32,000 bases of DNA from Candidatus Omnitrophota bacterium (GTDB taxonomy: Bacteria > Omnitrophota > Gorgyraeia > 2-01-FULL-45-10): the NCBI GenBank assembly GCA_023818895.1, contig JAMWCX010000003.1:180001-212000 (forward strand), written 5' to 3'. The notes beneath the pieces are model-generated. The model saw only the letters and a list, made by a program, of their open reading frames with translations, had not been told where the DNA came from and ran no database searches. The translations under genes and the position numbers were made by a program. Shown here piece after piece: positions 16,929-25,666 of the stretch; the stretch's first letter is position 1; the number at the start of each line of letters is the position of its first letter.

Positions 16929-17732
16929 CTATTTTTCAGCTATTATAACTTCGTCGCCCTCTTTTATATCTCTAAAACTGAAATTCTGGCGAGTGTTGTT
17001 GACAAAGGCGGAAGCCACACGATAGCGCACCGCTATCACACCGGCTGTAGCTGCCGGCTTGCCGTCCTTTAATATGGAAAGGCGGTCGCCTTCCTTCAGA
17101 CCATCCCTTCGGCCGCCATTTATAGCTATCAGGTTATTTTTCCTGTCGAGCGTTATAATACTAAACCGCGCGTTTGGCGATACGGCCGCCACCTCGGGCG
17201 CGCCAGCGGCTGTCACAAGGATTGGTTCCAGGCTAACCGCTTTGCCAGTCCTTATAAGCTCTACTCTTGCCAGCGAGTCAGCGATAACTGCTCTCACTTC
17301 GCTGTTTGTCTCTTTACTGAGGGCCTCTGTTATGACCTCCTCTATCGGAGCGTTTTCCAATCTATCCAGTTTCTCCTTTAAGGCAGCTATCTTGGCTGAT
17401 AGGTTTCTACGCTCCTCTTCGAGCTCCAATCTATTCTTTTCCCCTTCTTTGCGCACAGTTTTTAGCTCTACCTCGAGTTCTTTTATCTTTTCCTGAGATT
17501 CTGAAAGGAGCTTTATCTTTTCATTTAAAGTTATCTGGAGAACATCGAACCGTTTCTTGTATTCGGCGAGTTTGGCAATAAATTCATCTTGCTTTTGATG
17601 AAAATCAAGGCTGATACTATTGGCGTAATGGTAGGATAGCAATGATACCGCCGCAAGCAAAAGGCACATTATTATCAATGCTATTGCTATCAGTCTGTCT
17701 TTATCGCGAAGCACTTGTGTGAGCATATACAT
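16929..17732 (-). CDS. Membrane-anchored coiled-coil protein with C-terminal beta-rich domain (hypothetical)
   Basis: 267 aa. One N-terminal TM (IAIALIIMCLLLAAVSLLSY), about 110 residues of E/K/L-rich heptad-like sequence (KIKELEVELKTVRKEGEKNRLELEEERRNLSAKIAALKEKLDRLE), then a GD/GR-containing beta-like tail. No family recognised. Confidence 0.6.
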   Translation of the reverse strand: MYMLTQVLRDKDRLIAIALIIMCLLLAAVSLLSYHYANSISLDFHQKQDEFIAKLAEYKKRFDVLQITLNEKIKLLSESQEKIKELEVELKTVRKEGEKNRLELEEERRNLSAKIAALKEKLDRLENAPIEEVITEALSKETNSEVRAVIADSLARVELIRTGKAVSLEPILVTAAGAPEVAAVSPNARFSIITLDRKNNLIAINGGRRDGLKEGDRLSILKDGKPAATAGVIAVRYRVASAFVNNTRQNFSFRDIKEGDEVIIAEK

Positions 17733-17790
17733 TAATATTTATTCGTAATAATATCATAAAAAAACCCCAAAGACAAGGCTAAGAGCATCC

Positions 17791-18174
17791 TTAGCGCTTT
17801 CGAAGGCGGCGAGAAATCGCGTTTTCTACTCTGCTCTTTAACTCCGATATTGCAACCGGCTTGACTATGTAGTCTTCCACGGCCAGACCCGCTTTTCCCC
17901 TTTTCGTCTCCGACTCCTCAACGGCTGTCAGCATGATTACTGGTATGGACGCCGTTGCCCTGTTGCCCTTCAGTGTTTTCAAGACTTCGAAGCCGCTCAT
18001 GTCCGGCATTATGACATCGAGGAGGATAAGGTCTGGTCTATAGCGAAGGGCGGCGACGATACCGTCCTTGCCGCTAGCGCATACCTTCACGGTATAGGCG
18101 CCCCCTAATTCCATATTTTGCTTTACGAAAAACGCGAAATCCTCCTCATCATCAATTACCAGTATTTTTTTCAC
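17791..18174 (-). CDS. Stand-alone CheY-like response regulator receiver
   Basis: The ORF track extends to 18249. I prefer the GTG at 18174, preceded by AAGGAGGAGCAA. The product VKKILVIDDEEDF ... LILLDVIMPDMSGFEV ... IVKP has the receiver acidic pocket, the phospho-Asp context and the conserved Lys. There is no output domain. Confidence 0.85.
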   Translation of the reverse strand: MKKILVIDDEEDFAFFVKQNMELGGAYTVKVCASGKDGIVAALRYRPDLILLDVIMPDMSGFEVLKTLKGNRATASIPVIMLTAVEESETKRGKAGLAVEDYIVKPVAISELKSRVENAISRRLRKR

Positions 18175-20356
18175 TTGCTCCTCCTTTATATTGGGGCATA
18201 ACGGGCAGCATGATCCTGACGACAGTCCCCTTGCCGAGTTCGCTCTCAACCTTTATCAGGCCCTTATGCCTTTCTACTATCGATTTGACGATGGCAAGAC
18301 CCAAACCGGTGCCTTTTTGGTCACGTTTCGTGGTGAAGAATGGTTCAAATAACTTCGCGATATCGTCCTTTGAGATACCCGGCCCGTTATCGCTTATTTC
18401 TATCACACAAACCGAAATGACATTTTGTGAAAAAAGCGGCAGTATCCCTTCCGACGGATAAGTCTTCACAACGATTTCTCCGCTCATAGACAATGCCTCG
18501 ATTGCGTTCAAGAGTATATTGAAGAGCGCCTGCTGCATCTGGTTTCTGTCAACAGCTACGTATATATCGCTTGAGGTAAGTTCCCGTCTTATCGTTATAT
18601 TGGCTGTGTCGGATTTATGTTTGAAAAGCTCCGCAAAGCTTATCGTATCATTTACGAGAAGATTGGGATGTATTATTTCGGTAACTAACTTCGAGGGCTT
18701 CGCGAAAGTCAGGAGATCTTTGACGGTTATATCGGCGCGCATGATGGCTTCCCGCATCTTCACCATCGCTTCTTTTACTTCCGGATTAAGGTGAGGCATC
18801 TTGGCGCTTATGTATTCCAGCCCTCCCAATATAACCGCAAGAGGGTTTTTTACCTCATGGGCGACTCCTGAGGCGAACCTGCCTAGGGCTGCCATCTTTT
18901 CCGATTGAACAAGCTTTGTTTGCGTATCCTGTAATTTCTTATACGTCTCCTCCAGTTCCTTTATTTTGTTTCGTAAAGACTCTTCGGCTTGTTTGCGTTC
19001 TGTTATATCATTAGCGACTGCCAGCAGCAACTTGTCTTCGCCGGCATCTATCTTTTCGGCTGAGAATAGGAATGTGCGTTTATGGCCAGTTCTCGTCGAT
19101 ACCTCCAGCTCCATATTGTGAATCGTATCCTGGCTGCGCAGCATCTTTTTTACCGCCACTCGTATTGGTGTTGGCACTATATTTAATTTAATGAGACTAT
19201 AGCCTATCACCTCTTCCCGGCTGTAACCAAAAGTGGATAGAAAAGAACTATTGACATCGAGTATATGGCCGTCGTAGCGCGAGAAGACAGCCATTGGGCT
19301 GGGGTTGGCATGAAACGTCTTGGAAAACTTGTACTCCGACATCCCGAGCGCCTCCTCCGCTCGTCTGCGCTCGTTTATCTCCAACATAAGCTCACGCCTT
19401 TGTTCAAAGAACTTGCATATAAGGGCGGCTATATTTCCAAATTCGCCAGATGTTTTCGTAAGCACTTTTATGGGCGTGACATCTTCCGTGGCAAGCGCTT
19501 GTGATATGGCATCAAGCGGAACGTTTACCCATACGACGAGCGCCACGGAGAGGATCATGAAAAGAACAACAGCGTAGAATAACAAAACCAGAAGGGTCTG
19601 TCGCGAGGCGCTTAACAATATAGCCGCGATATTGGATCGGCTCTGGACTTCGAGGCAGGCGAGCGGGTTGCCGCGCCAATCATTCAGCGTCTTGTGGAAA
19701 ATTATCGTCCCTTTTCTGAGATTTAGATCGAGGTCGGGTTTTCCAGACGGTTGTTCGCACATCTTTATCTCAGTCGCTGTCAGCCTCGAAAGATTGCTTA
19801 AATAACCTCTATCCCACATGCGCCCGACGAAGAAATAGCCGGCAGGTGACGACCTTCTCTCTCTATCGCTGGAGGAATGCACCGTGGCTCCACGAATCTC
19901 CATTGGCCCGAGCGGTGTCATTATAAAGAAATGGCAAAACCTGGATTTAGCGAAAAGTCTTTCTATCATGCCCGGTGGCACAGGCAGTGAGGTGAAAGAT
20001 TTGTCCGCTATATTCGATGTGCTATAAACAAGAAGGCCCTCTTCATTGTATACCCAAGCGGCGTTCGCCTTGTATGTTTGAAGAGACGGATCTATATTAT
20101 TTTTCGCCCACACCTGACTGCCGGTCAGTATGAACGATACCATCTCGTCCCAGTATGTGTAATCATAAGCGTATGCCTCGAGGGAGGCTTCCATCACCTG
20201 CAGCATATTCCTGAAGCTGTTGATGCGTTCGGTTGCCTCTGCCCTGAATATCATATCTAGCCTTCTATGCTCCATTTTGCTATAGAGAACTAGAAGCGTG
20301 ACAAATACGCCAACGTAGACGAGCAATAATATGGTAAGCTTGGCACGAATCTTCAT
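18152..20356 (-). CDS. Sensor histidine kinase: TM, CHASE4-like periplasmic domain, TM, PAS, HisKA, HATPase_c
   Basis: 734 aa.
- N-terminal TM.
- AYDYTYWDEMVSFI resembles the CHASE4 core.
- Second TM LLVLLFYAVVLFMILSVALVVWV.
- PAS-like region after SEYKFSKTFHANPSPMAV.
- H-box FASGVAHEVKNPL, N-box NILLNAIEA, DNGPGI, GTGLGLAIV. Confidence 0.85.
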   Translation of the reverse strand: MKIRAKLTILLLVYVGVFVTLLVLYSKMEHRRLDMIFRAEATERINSFRNMLQVMEASLEAYAYDYTYWDEMVSFILTGSQVWAKNNIDPSLQTYKANAAWVYNEEGLLVYSTSNIADKSFTSLPVPPGMIERLFAKSRFCHFFIMTPLGPMEIRGATVHSSSDRERRSSPAGYFFVGRMWDRGYLSNLSRLTATEIKMCEQPSGKPDLDLNLRKGTIIFHKTLNDWRGNPLACLEVQSRSNIAAILLSASRQTLLVLLFYAVVLFMILSVALVVWVNVPLDAISQALATEDVTPIKVLTKTSGEFGNIAALICKFFEQRRELMLEINERRRAEEALGMSEYKFSKTFHANPSPMAVFSRYDGHILDVNSSFLSTFGYSREEVIGYSLIKLNIVPTPIRVAVKKMLRSQDTIHNMELEVSTRTGHKRTFLFSAEKIDAGEDKLLLAVANDITERKQAEESLRNKIKELEETYKKLQDTQTKLVQSEKMAALGRFASGVAHEVKNPLAVILGGLEYISAKMPHLNPEVKEAMVKMREAIMRADITVKDLLTFAKPSKLVTEIIHPNLLVNDTISFAELFKHKSDTANITIRRELTSSDIYVAVDRNQMQQALFNILLNAIEALSMSGEIVVKTYPSEGILPLFSQNVISVCVIEISDNGPGISKDDIAKLFEPFFTTKRDQKGTGLGLAIVKSIVERHKGLIKVESELGKGTVVRIMLPVMPQYKGGASEKNTGN

Positions 20357-20375
20357 AAAAACTGATTTTTCCTAA

Positions 20376-21932
20376 TCAAAATATGAACGCAAGACTTATT
20401 TCCACCTGATATGCGGTATCGGCCTTGCCGTCACCGCGTACAAAGGGCGTAAAAAGGCTGCCAGCCCTATCGGTTCTCTCCTCTCTATATGCCGCGCCGG
20501 GGAAGAAAATACCACTATAAAGCTCGAGCATTATATTGCTGTTAGGTGAATATGTAATGTCGATATCAACCTCGTGACCAAGTTCTGGCGAGATCACCTT
20601 TGGCACACCGTTATACAAGCCGATACCGTTCTGCGCGCTGGCAAGATACCACCACTCAATTGTCGCGGAACACTTATCAGTAAAATCATAGCTGAATCCC
20701 GCGTTTACAAGAATAAGATTTTCAATTATGCCAGGATCGTTGAAGGTCGTTGGTCTCGGTACACCGTAGTTCATGCCATAGCCATTGCCCATCGCCACCA
20801 GAGGAAGTGTCTGTATTCCAGGATATATTGAACCGGCGAGATTCGCGTTAAGCGGCGAATAGACGCTGAAGGCGTTGTTCTTCCCTGAAGTATAGAGACT
20901 ATCCCCGTTTGCTATCATATCAGTTGTGAGCTTGTTCCCCGATGCGTATATAAAGCGTGTGTAGGGCGTGAGTTTCCCCGCGTCGTACAAAGCGTCGGCG
21001 TAGGCAGCCCATCCTCTGTGTTCTACGTCGGGAAAATCCTGGTCTGTAGAGTTGGCGCCGCCAAAATTCCGCGCCCACTCCAGACTTCCCGAAAACTTCC
21101 CTAGCGTAAAATCCCATGAGATACCTACCGTGCCCAAAGAGTCCCGTCGTACAGGTGTCTGGAAAAAATTAAGTCTTTTCCCGACGCTATAGTCAAGCAA
21201 CATACCGACGTATGGTTGAATTGAGCTACCCTCCCATAGTTTCATGAGCATATCGGTAGCCCAGAAGTATGATTTCGAATGAAAATAATTAATGCCCTGC
21301 GGCTTTTGCTGTTTTATGTACGGCCAGAATAGGTTCTTTGAGGCGATATCAGGCCAGCAATAATATATGTGCCAGTCAAAATAATCGGTATTGGCATACA
21401 GATCGATGCCGTAATTTTCGTAGTTTCCATTCAATGCTATGCCGTGACCCACGCGGTAATTGAACATCCCGCTGCGCAGCCTAACAGGCTGATCCGCACT
21501 TATTGGAATGTCCACCCAATATTCTTCAATGTAAGGCAAAAGTTCCGCGTCAGTATATGGGTGAACTTTGCCAAGGTAGGTATTTAAAGTATTGTTAATA
21601 ATTACAGGGGTATCGTAGTCGTAAAGTCCGTTACGCTCGAGCCGGAAAAAATAGCGCGGCCCATGGTCTTTAAAATTCAAATCAAGGGCCAGGCTATAGT
21701 CAAACCCTATATATTGAACTCTATCATCCCGCACCTTAGAATCAAGGTCGTTATTGTTGTCAATTGCTATTGCATCTGTTCTAAAATACGGCGTTATAGC
21801 AAGAGTATAATTTTTGCCTTTCGCCACCTCCATATCGGCAAATGCAGGAGATCGAAACAAAACAATAACGAAAAATGAAAAAGCCCATACGGCGTAGAGT
21901 TTCGCGGCGCTCTGTATGGGCCCCCTATCCAT
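20376..21932 (-). CDS. Outer-membrane beta-barrel protein (porin-like; possibly alginate-export-like)
   Basis: 518 aa. Signal peptide ending AFADM, aromatic-rich alternating strands, C-terminus EISLAFIF with a terminal Phe typical of BAM substrates. The family assignment is a guess. 19 nt upstream of the HK start. Confidence 0.6.
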   Translation of the reverse strand: MDRGPIQSAAKLYAVWAFSFFVIVLFRSPAFADMEVAKGKNYTLAITPYFRTDAIAIDNNNDLDSKVRDDRVQYIGFDYSLALDLNFKDHGPRYFFRLERNGLYDYDTPVIINNTLNTYLGKVHPYTDAELLPYIEEYWVDIPISADQPVRLRSGMFNYRVGHGIALNGNYENYGIDLYANTDYFDWHIYYCWPDIASKNLFWPYIKQQKPQGINYFHSKSYFWATDMLMKLWEGSSIQPYVGMLLDYSVGKRLNFFQTPVRRDSLGTVGISWDFTLGKFSGSLEWARNFGGANSTDQDFPDVEHRGWAAYADALYDAGKLTPYTRFIYASGNKLTTDMIANGDSLYTSGKNNAFSVYSPLNANLAGSIYPGIQTLPLVAMGNGYGMNYGVPRPTTFNDPGIIENLILVNAGFSYDFTDKCSATIEWWYLASAQNGIGLYNGVPKVISPELGHEVDIDITYSPNSNIMLELYSGIFFPGAAYREERTDRAGSLFTPFVRGDGKADTAYQVEISLAFIF

Positions 21933-21942
21933 CGGTATGATC

Positions 21943-22311
21943 CTATTCTAATATCTTTATCTCTTCAAGCATACCTTTATCATCGAAAAATAGATATATG
22001 CGCACTCCCTTGAAAAAGCTCGAGTCCGCGCTTTTATAAACCCATCTTTCTCTACCTGACGGTATATCTTTGTTCTCAACGACTGGCTCGCCGTACTGTG
22101 CCCTGATCTGGCCCTTAGGCTGCCCCTTGGAGAGCCTGCCGGAATCGATCGCCGTTTTCACGCTATTAAAATTAGCGGTTTCTTTATCGAGTACTTTCTT
22201 AGCCTCGCCCATGCTTGCGGCGACTTCAACGAGCGTATTTATTCCTTCGGCGTGGCAATCAAAAGCGGCCGCATATATAGCGGCCGCCACTATGACGACT
22301 TTCTTATTCAT
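21943..22311 (-). CDS. Small secreted protein, BamE/SmpA-OmlA-like (tentative)
   Basis: The ORF track starts at a TTG at 22350. The ATG at 22311 gives a clean signal peptide, MNKKVVIVAAAIYAAAFDCHA. The C-terminal pattern IRAQYGEPV...RERWVYK...VRIYLFFDDKGMLEEI resembles the BamE fold. Confidence 0.45.
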   Translation of the reverse strand: MNKKVVIVAAAIYAAAFDCHAEGINTLVEVAASMGEAKKVLDKETANFNSVKTAIDSGRLSKGQPKGQIRAQYGEPVVENKDIPSGRERWVYKSADSSFFKGVRIYLFFDDKGMLEEIKILE

Positions 22312-22342
22312 CGAAAAAATTTTTGCAAGCTGCACAATACCC

Positions 22343-23350
22343 TTACTCAATAGGTATTATGATCTTAGTTCCAGGCTTAAGCTTGTTAGGGTCCTTTATC
22401 CTGTCCTTATTGAACCTGTATATATTCTTCCACTTTCTGCCGTCGCCGTAAGTCTCCTCGGCAAGTTTCCAGAGGCTGTCGCCTTTCTTGGTAATATACT
22501 CTTTTGTAGAGACTTTGATCTCACCAGTTACCTCTTCTTCTTTTTCGATAAGATACTTCCCCTCCTCTATCTGGGTAGCGCCGGCAATCGGCGGAGCTGA
22601 TACCTTAGCGTCTGATTCACCTTCAATGCCGCCAGCTGGCCCAGTATACGGGATCATAACCTCTTCGACCTCGGCTATCATAAATTGGGCATTGCGGTCC
22701 TTTGCCATACCGACGAGATCTGTGACGGGGGCTATGGCATCAAGTTTGCCGCGGCTTATTATCTTTATACGCGACTCCGGTATACCGTTATCGAGCATGT
22801 ACTTTTTCACTGCTTCGCCGCGCCTTTTGCCAAGTTTCTCGTTATACTGTTCCGTTCCACGGATATCGCAATTACCGGTAATTAGGATACTTGCCTCTTT
22901 ATTCCGATTCAACATGCCAACGGCATTATCGAGAACATCTATTGAATCCGGACGCAAGTCGGCCTTGTCATAATCAAAGTATATCTTTACATTCTTTAGT
23001 ATCTTTTTTATAAGAAGCGACGGCCTTAGCTCTTTGGGTTTGGGCGCGGGCAACTCCTCTTCCATATAGTCGAAGATTATCTTGTAAACATAGATATATC
23101 CGCGGTTACCCCATATTTTGGGAGAATCGGGGCCGGGTTCTTTTGGCATCCACCAATATCCCCCCCTCTCAGGGTCCCTGACCGGAGCCGGCTGTGCGCC
23201 GCTGGTCCCCCACCAAGAAAAGCGCTCTTGTAGCTTCTGGAGTTCCTCTTTGCGCCGAGCATCTCTCGACATCTCCTGCGCAAATGAAAGCGCAATAAAC
23301 GAAACGGAGAATGCGATAACCATCAATATGGCAAGCTGTCTCTTCATCAT
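22343..23350 (-). CDS. OmpA-family peptidoglycan-binding protein with C-terminal LysM domain
   Basis: The ATG at 23350 is preceded by AGAGAGGA; signal peptide MMKRQLAILMVIAFSVSFIALSFA. OmpA_C motif TGNCDIRGTEQYNEKLGKRRGEAVKKYM. LysM motif YITKKGDSLWKLAEETYGDGRKWKNIYRFNKDRIKDPNKLKPGTKIIIP. Confidence 0.85.
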   Translation of the reverse strand: MMKRQLAILMVIAFSVSFIALSFAQEMSRDARRKEELQKLQERFSWWGTSGAQPAPVRDPERGGYWWMPKEPGPDSPKIWGNRGYIYVYKIIFDYMEEELPAPKPKELRPSLLIKKILKNVKIYFDYDKADLRPDSIDVLDNAVGMLNRNKEASILITGNCDIRGTEQYNEKLGKRRGEAVKKYMLDNGIPESRIKIISRGKLDAIAPVTDLVGMAKDRNAQFMIAEVEEVMIPYTGPAGGIEGESDAKVSAPPIAGATQIEEGKYLIEKEEEVTGEIKVSTKEYITKKGDSLWKLAEETYGDGRKWKNIYRFNKDRIKDPNKLKPGTKIIIPIE

Positions 23351-23436
23351 AAATCCTCTCTTTGTGCTATGTTTCGCGATTTGTAACCTCACCTTCCCGA
23401 ATATATTATAACTATCTTCTTCTTATCTGGTTAAAT

Positions 23437-23465
23437 AGTATAAATACAAATGTGCCTATATTCAA
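23437..23465 (-). promoter_or_regulatory. Candidate sigma70-type promoter for the OmpA-LysM operon
   Basis: The minus strand reads TTGAAT-17 nt-TATACT, about 80 nt upstream of the ATG at 23350. By-eye match only. Confidence 0.35.
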
Positions 23466-23492
23466 GAAAAAATATTCTGGCGAGAAAATCCC

Positions 23493-24830
23493 TCACAGCG
23501 CCTTAAGATACAAAAACCTTATTATGAAAAGCGCCGCCAACAGATAGACAAGCCATGATACTTCCCTGCCGCGACCACTAAAAAATTTCAGCGAGGCATA
23601 ACTTATAAAACCGAAAGCCACGCCCGTTGCTATGCTGAAGGAAAGAGGCATCATGAGAAGCACCAAAAAGACTGGTATGGTTTCGCTATAGTCTTTCCAG
23701 TCTATTTTGGTTATAGAATGAAGCATCATGCCACCTACCAGAATGAGCGCCGGCGCAGTAACCGGATGAAGAATTATACCGCTTGAGGTCTTATAACCTC
23801 CTCCTACCATCTTGATGAGTGGATAGAAAAATGGGGCAGCGAAAAATAGAAGTCCGGTGACAATGTTGGCAAGTCCCGTCCGGCCTCCCGCTGTTATACC
23901 AGAGGCGCTTTCTATATAACTGGTTACGGTCGGCGTACCGCAGGCTGCGCCTACACATGTTCCAACGGCATCGGATAGAAGCGCCCTTCCGGCGCGCGGA
24001 AGCTTACCCCCCCTCATAAATCCCCCCACTTCCCCGACTCCCGCAAGGGTTCCTACGGTATCAAAGAGGTCCATAAATAAAAAGATGAATATAACCGAAG
24101 CGAGGCCCAGTTTAAGCGCGCCAAATATATCGAGTTTGAAAAATGTGGGTGCCATCGACGGCGGAGCTGATATAAATCCTTCAAAATTCACAAGGTCGAA
24201 AAGTATCCCGACGGCAGAGGTGGCAAGTATCCCCCACAACAGAGCGCCCTTAATACCCTTTATCAAAAACACACTGGTAATAGCAAGCCCAAATAGGGCC
24301 AGCAGAGCCGGTGGATTTAAGATATCACCGACCTTTACAAGCGTTGCCGGGTTCGAGACGACAAGGCCGGCGTCCATCAGCCCCACTAGCGCTATGAGAA
24401 GCCCTATCCCCGCGGCGATCGCATGCCTTAATGATGAGGGTATCGCCTCTAAAAGAGCCTGCCTGAGGCGTGTAAGCGTCAGGATTATGAATATCGCGCC
24501 GCTTAAAAAGACGCAGCCCAGCGCTACCTGCCAGGATATCCCCATCGTTATACAGACGGTATACGTGAAAAAAGCGTTTTCACCCATTCCGGGAGCAAGC
24601 GCGATTGGATAATTTGCATATAAGCCCATTAATATTGTGGCAAAACCGGCGGCGATACAGGTTGCCATGAGGCTTGAGCCGAAATCCATCCCCGTCTGTG
24701 AGATCATCGCCGGATTAACAAATATTATATAGGCCATCGTCATGAATGTTGTAAATCCGGCGAGGATCTCTGTTTTTATGTTCGTGCTGAGAGTTTTAAG
24801 GCCGAAGAACCTTTCTATAAAATCCTTCAT
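23493..24830 (-). CDS. NCS2 family purine (adenine/guanine/hypoxanthine) permease, AzgA/PbuG-like
   Basis: 445 aa. The N-terminus FGLKTLSTNIKTEILAGFTTFMTMAYIIFVNP is diagnostic for this subfamily. Polytopic membrane protein. Confidence 0.9.
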   Translation of the reverse strand: MKDFIERFFGLKTLSTNIKTEILAGFTTFMTMAYIIFVNPAMISQTGMDFGSSLMATCIAAGFATILMGLYANYPIALAPGMGENAFFTYTVCITMGISWQVALGCVFLSGAIFIILTLTRLRQALLEAIPSSLRHAIAAGIGLLIALVGLMDAGLVVSNPATLVKVGDILNPPALLALFGLAITSVFLIKGIKGALLWGILATSAVGILFDLVNFEGFISAPPSMAPTFFKLDIFGALKLGLASVIFIFLFMDLFDTVGTLAGVGEVGGFMRGGKLPRAGRALLSDAVGTCVGAACGTPTVTSYIESASGITAGGRTGLANIVTGLLFFAAPFFYPLIKMVGGGYKTSSGIILHPVTAPALILVGGMMLHSITKIDWKDYSETIPVFLVLLMMPLSFSIATGVAFGFISYASLKFFSGRGREVSWLVYLLAALFIIRFLYLKAL

Positions 24831-24851
24831 CGATTTGGACCACCAATCTTA

Positions 24852-25661
24852 TTATTCGGAAATCTTGATCCGGACAGGCTGTTTACTTTTTATCTCTTTA
24901 TATTCTTCAAGTATTTCACGTATCCTTGAAGCTGGTATAGCGAAACCTATTGACTGGGCGCCTTGCACAACGGCAAGATTAATCCCCACAAGTTCTCCAT
25001 CCAAGTTAAAGAGGGCTCCACCCGATGATCCAAGGTTTATTGACGCGTCGGTCTGTATGAGGTTATTGAATGTCATCATCTGACCCGGCTGGCCTGCCGA
25101 GAAGCTGCGGTTTGTGCCGCTTATTATACCGGCGGAGACGGAATTCTCAAGACCAAAGGGATTACCTATGGCTACTACCGTCTCGCCTATCATAACATCC
25201 TGAGCAAACTTTATGGCATGCAGCTCTTCCGGTGGGGTTATTTTAAGTATGGCGATGTCATCGGCGGGGCTTACCGCAAACACCTCAGCCTCGGTAGCTT
25301 TGCCGTCTGCTAGTATAACGTAGATTTTATTTGCCATGTGGACTACGTGGGCATTTGTTACAATTAAACCATCCTCTGAGACGATAACGCCGGAACCGAT
25401 ACCTTTTAGCTTCATCGTGCCTATGGGTATCATGGCGGCGGGATTCTGCCTGAAGAATTCCTCAAAGGCCGTCCCGTACATACCCTGAAATAGGTTATGC
25501 TGAATAATGGCAAGCCGCTCTGTGCTTATGTTCACAACTGAAGGCCCCCACTTCTTCACTACCTTGACCACCGGCGTAAGTCGTGGGCTTTCGGCAGCGT
25601 TGCCACAGCCAGTCGAAAGGCATAAGGCGAGTATGGCGGGGAGGATCAGACGTTTAAGCAT
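24852..25661 (-). CDS. Trypsin-like serine protease (S1C, HtrA/DegP-like) lacking a PDZ domain; possible lipoprotein
   Basis: 269 aa. Catalytic triad contexts TNAHVV, DIAILKI, GSSGGALFNLDGELVGIN. The signal sequence ends LCLSTGC (imperfect lipobox). The protein ends soon after the protease domain. Confidence 0.85.
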   Translation of the reverse strand: MLKRLILPAILALCLSTGCGNAAESPRLTPVVKVVKKWGPSVVNISTERLAIIQHNLFQGMYGTAFEEFFRQNPAAMIPIGTMKLKGIGSGVIVSEDGLIVTNAHVVHMANKIYVILADGKATEAEVFAVSPADDIAILKITPPEELHAIKFAQDVMIGETVVAIGNPFGLENSVSAGIISGTNRSFSAGQPGQMMTFNNLIQTDASINLGSSGGALFNLDGELVGINLAVVQGAQSIGFAIPASRIREILEEYKEIKSKQPVRIKISE

Positions 25662-25666
25662 ATAGC

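Noticed and set aside
17733-17790. Possible terminator (GGGGTTTTTTT) after the receiver gene
   Set aside because: I could not draw a stable stem before the T-run; the best pairing needs several G-U and mismatched pairs. It may still be a weak attenuator, but I do not call it.
18175-18249. N-terminal extension of the response regulator ORF (MRANSARGLSSGSCCPLCPN...)
   Set aside because: It overlaps the kinase 3' end. A strong AAGGAGG sits at the proper distance from the GTG at 18174, and receiver domains start at about that point (KKILVIDDE).
24831-24851. Looked for a purine riboswitch upstream of the NCS2 purine permease
   Set aside because: Only 21 nt separate the permease ATG from the protease stop. 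A purine aptamer of about 70 nt plus an expression platform cannot fit.
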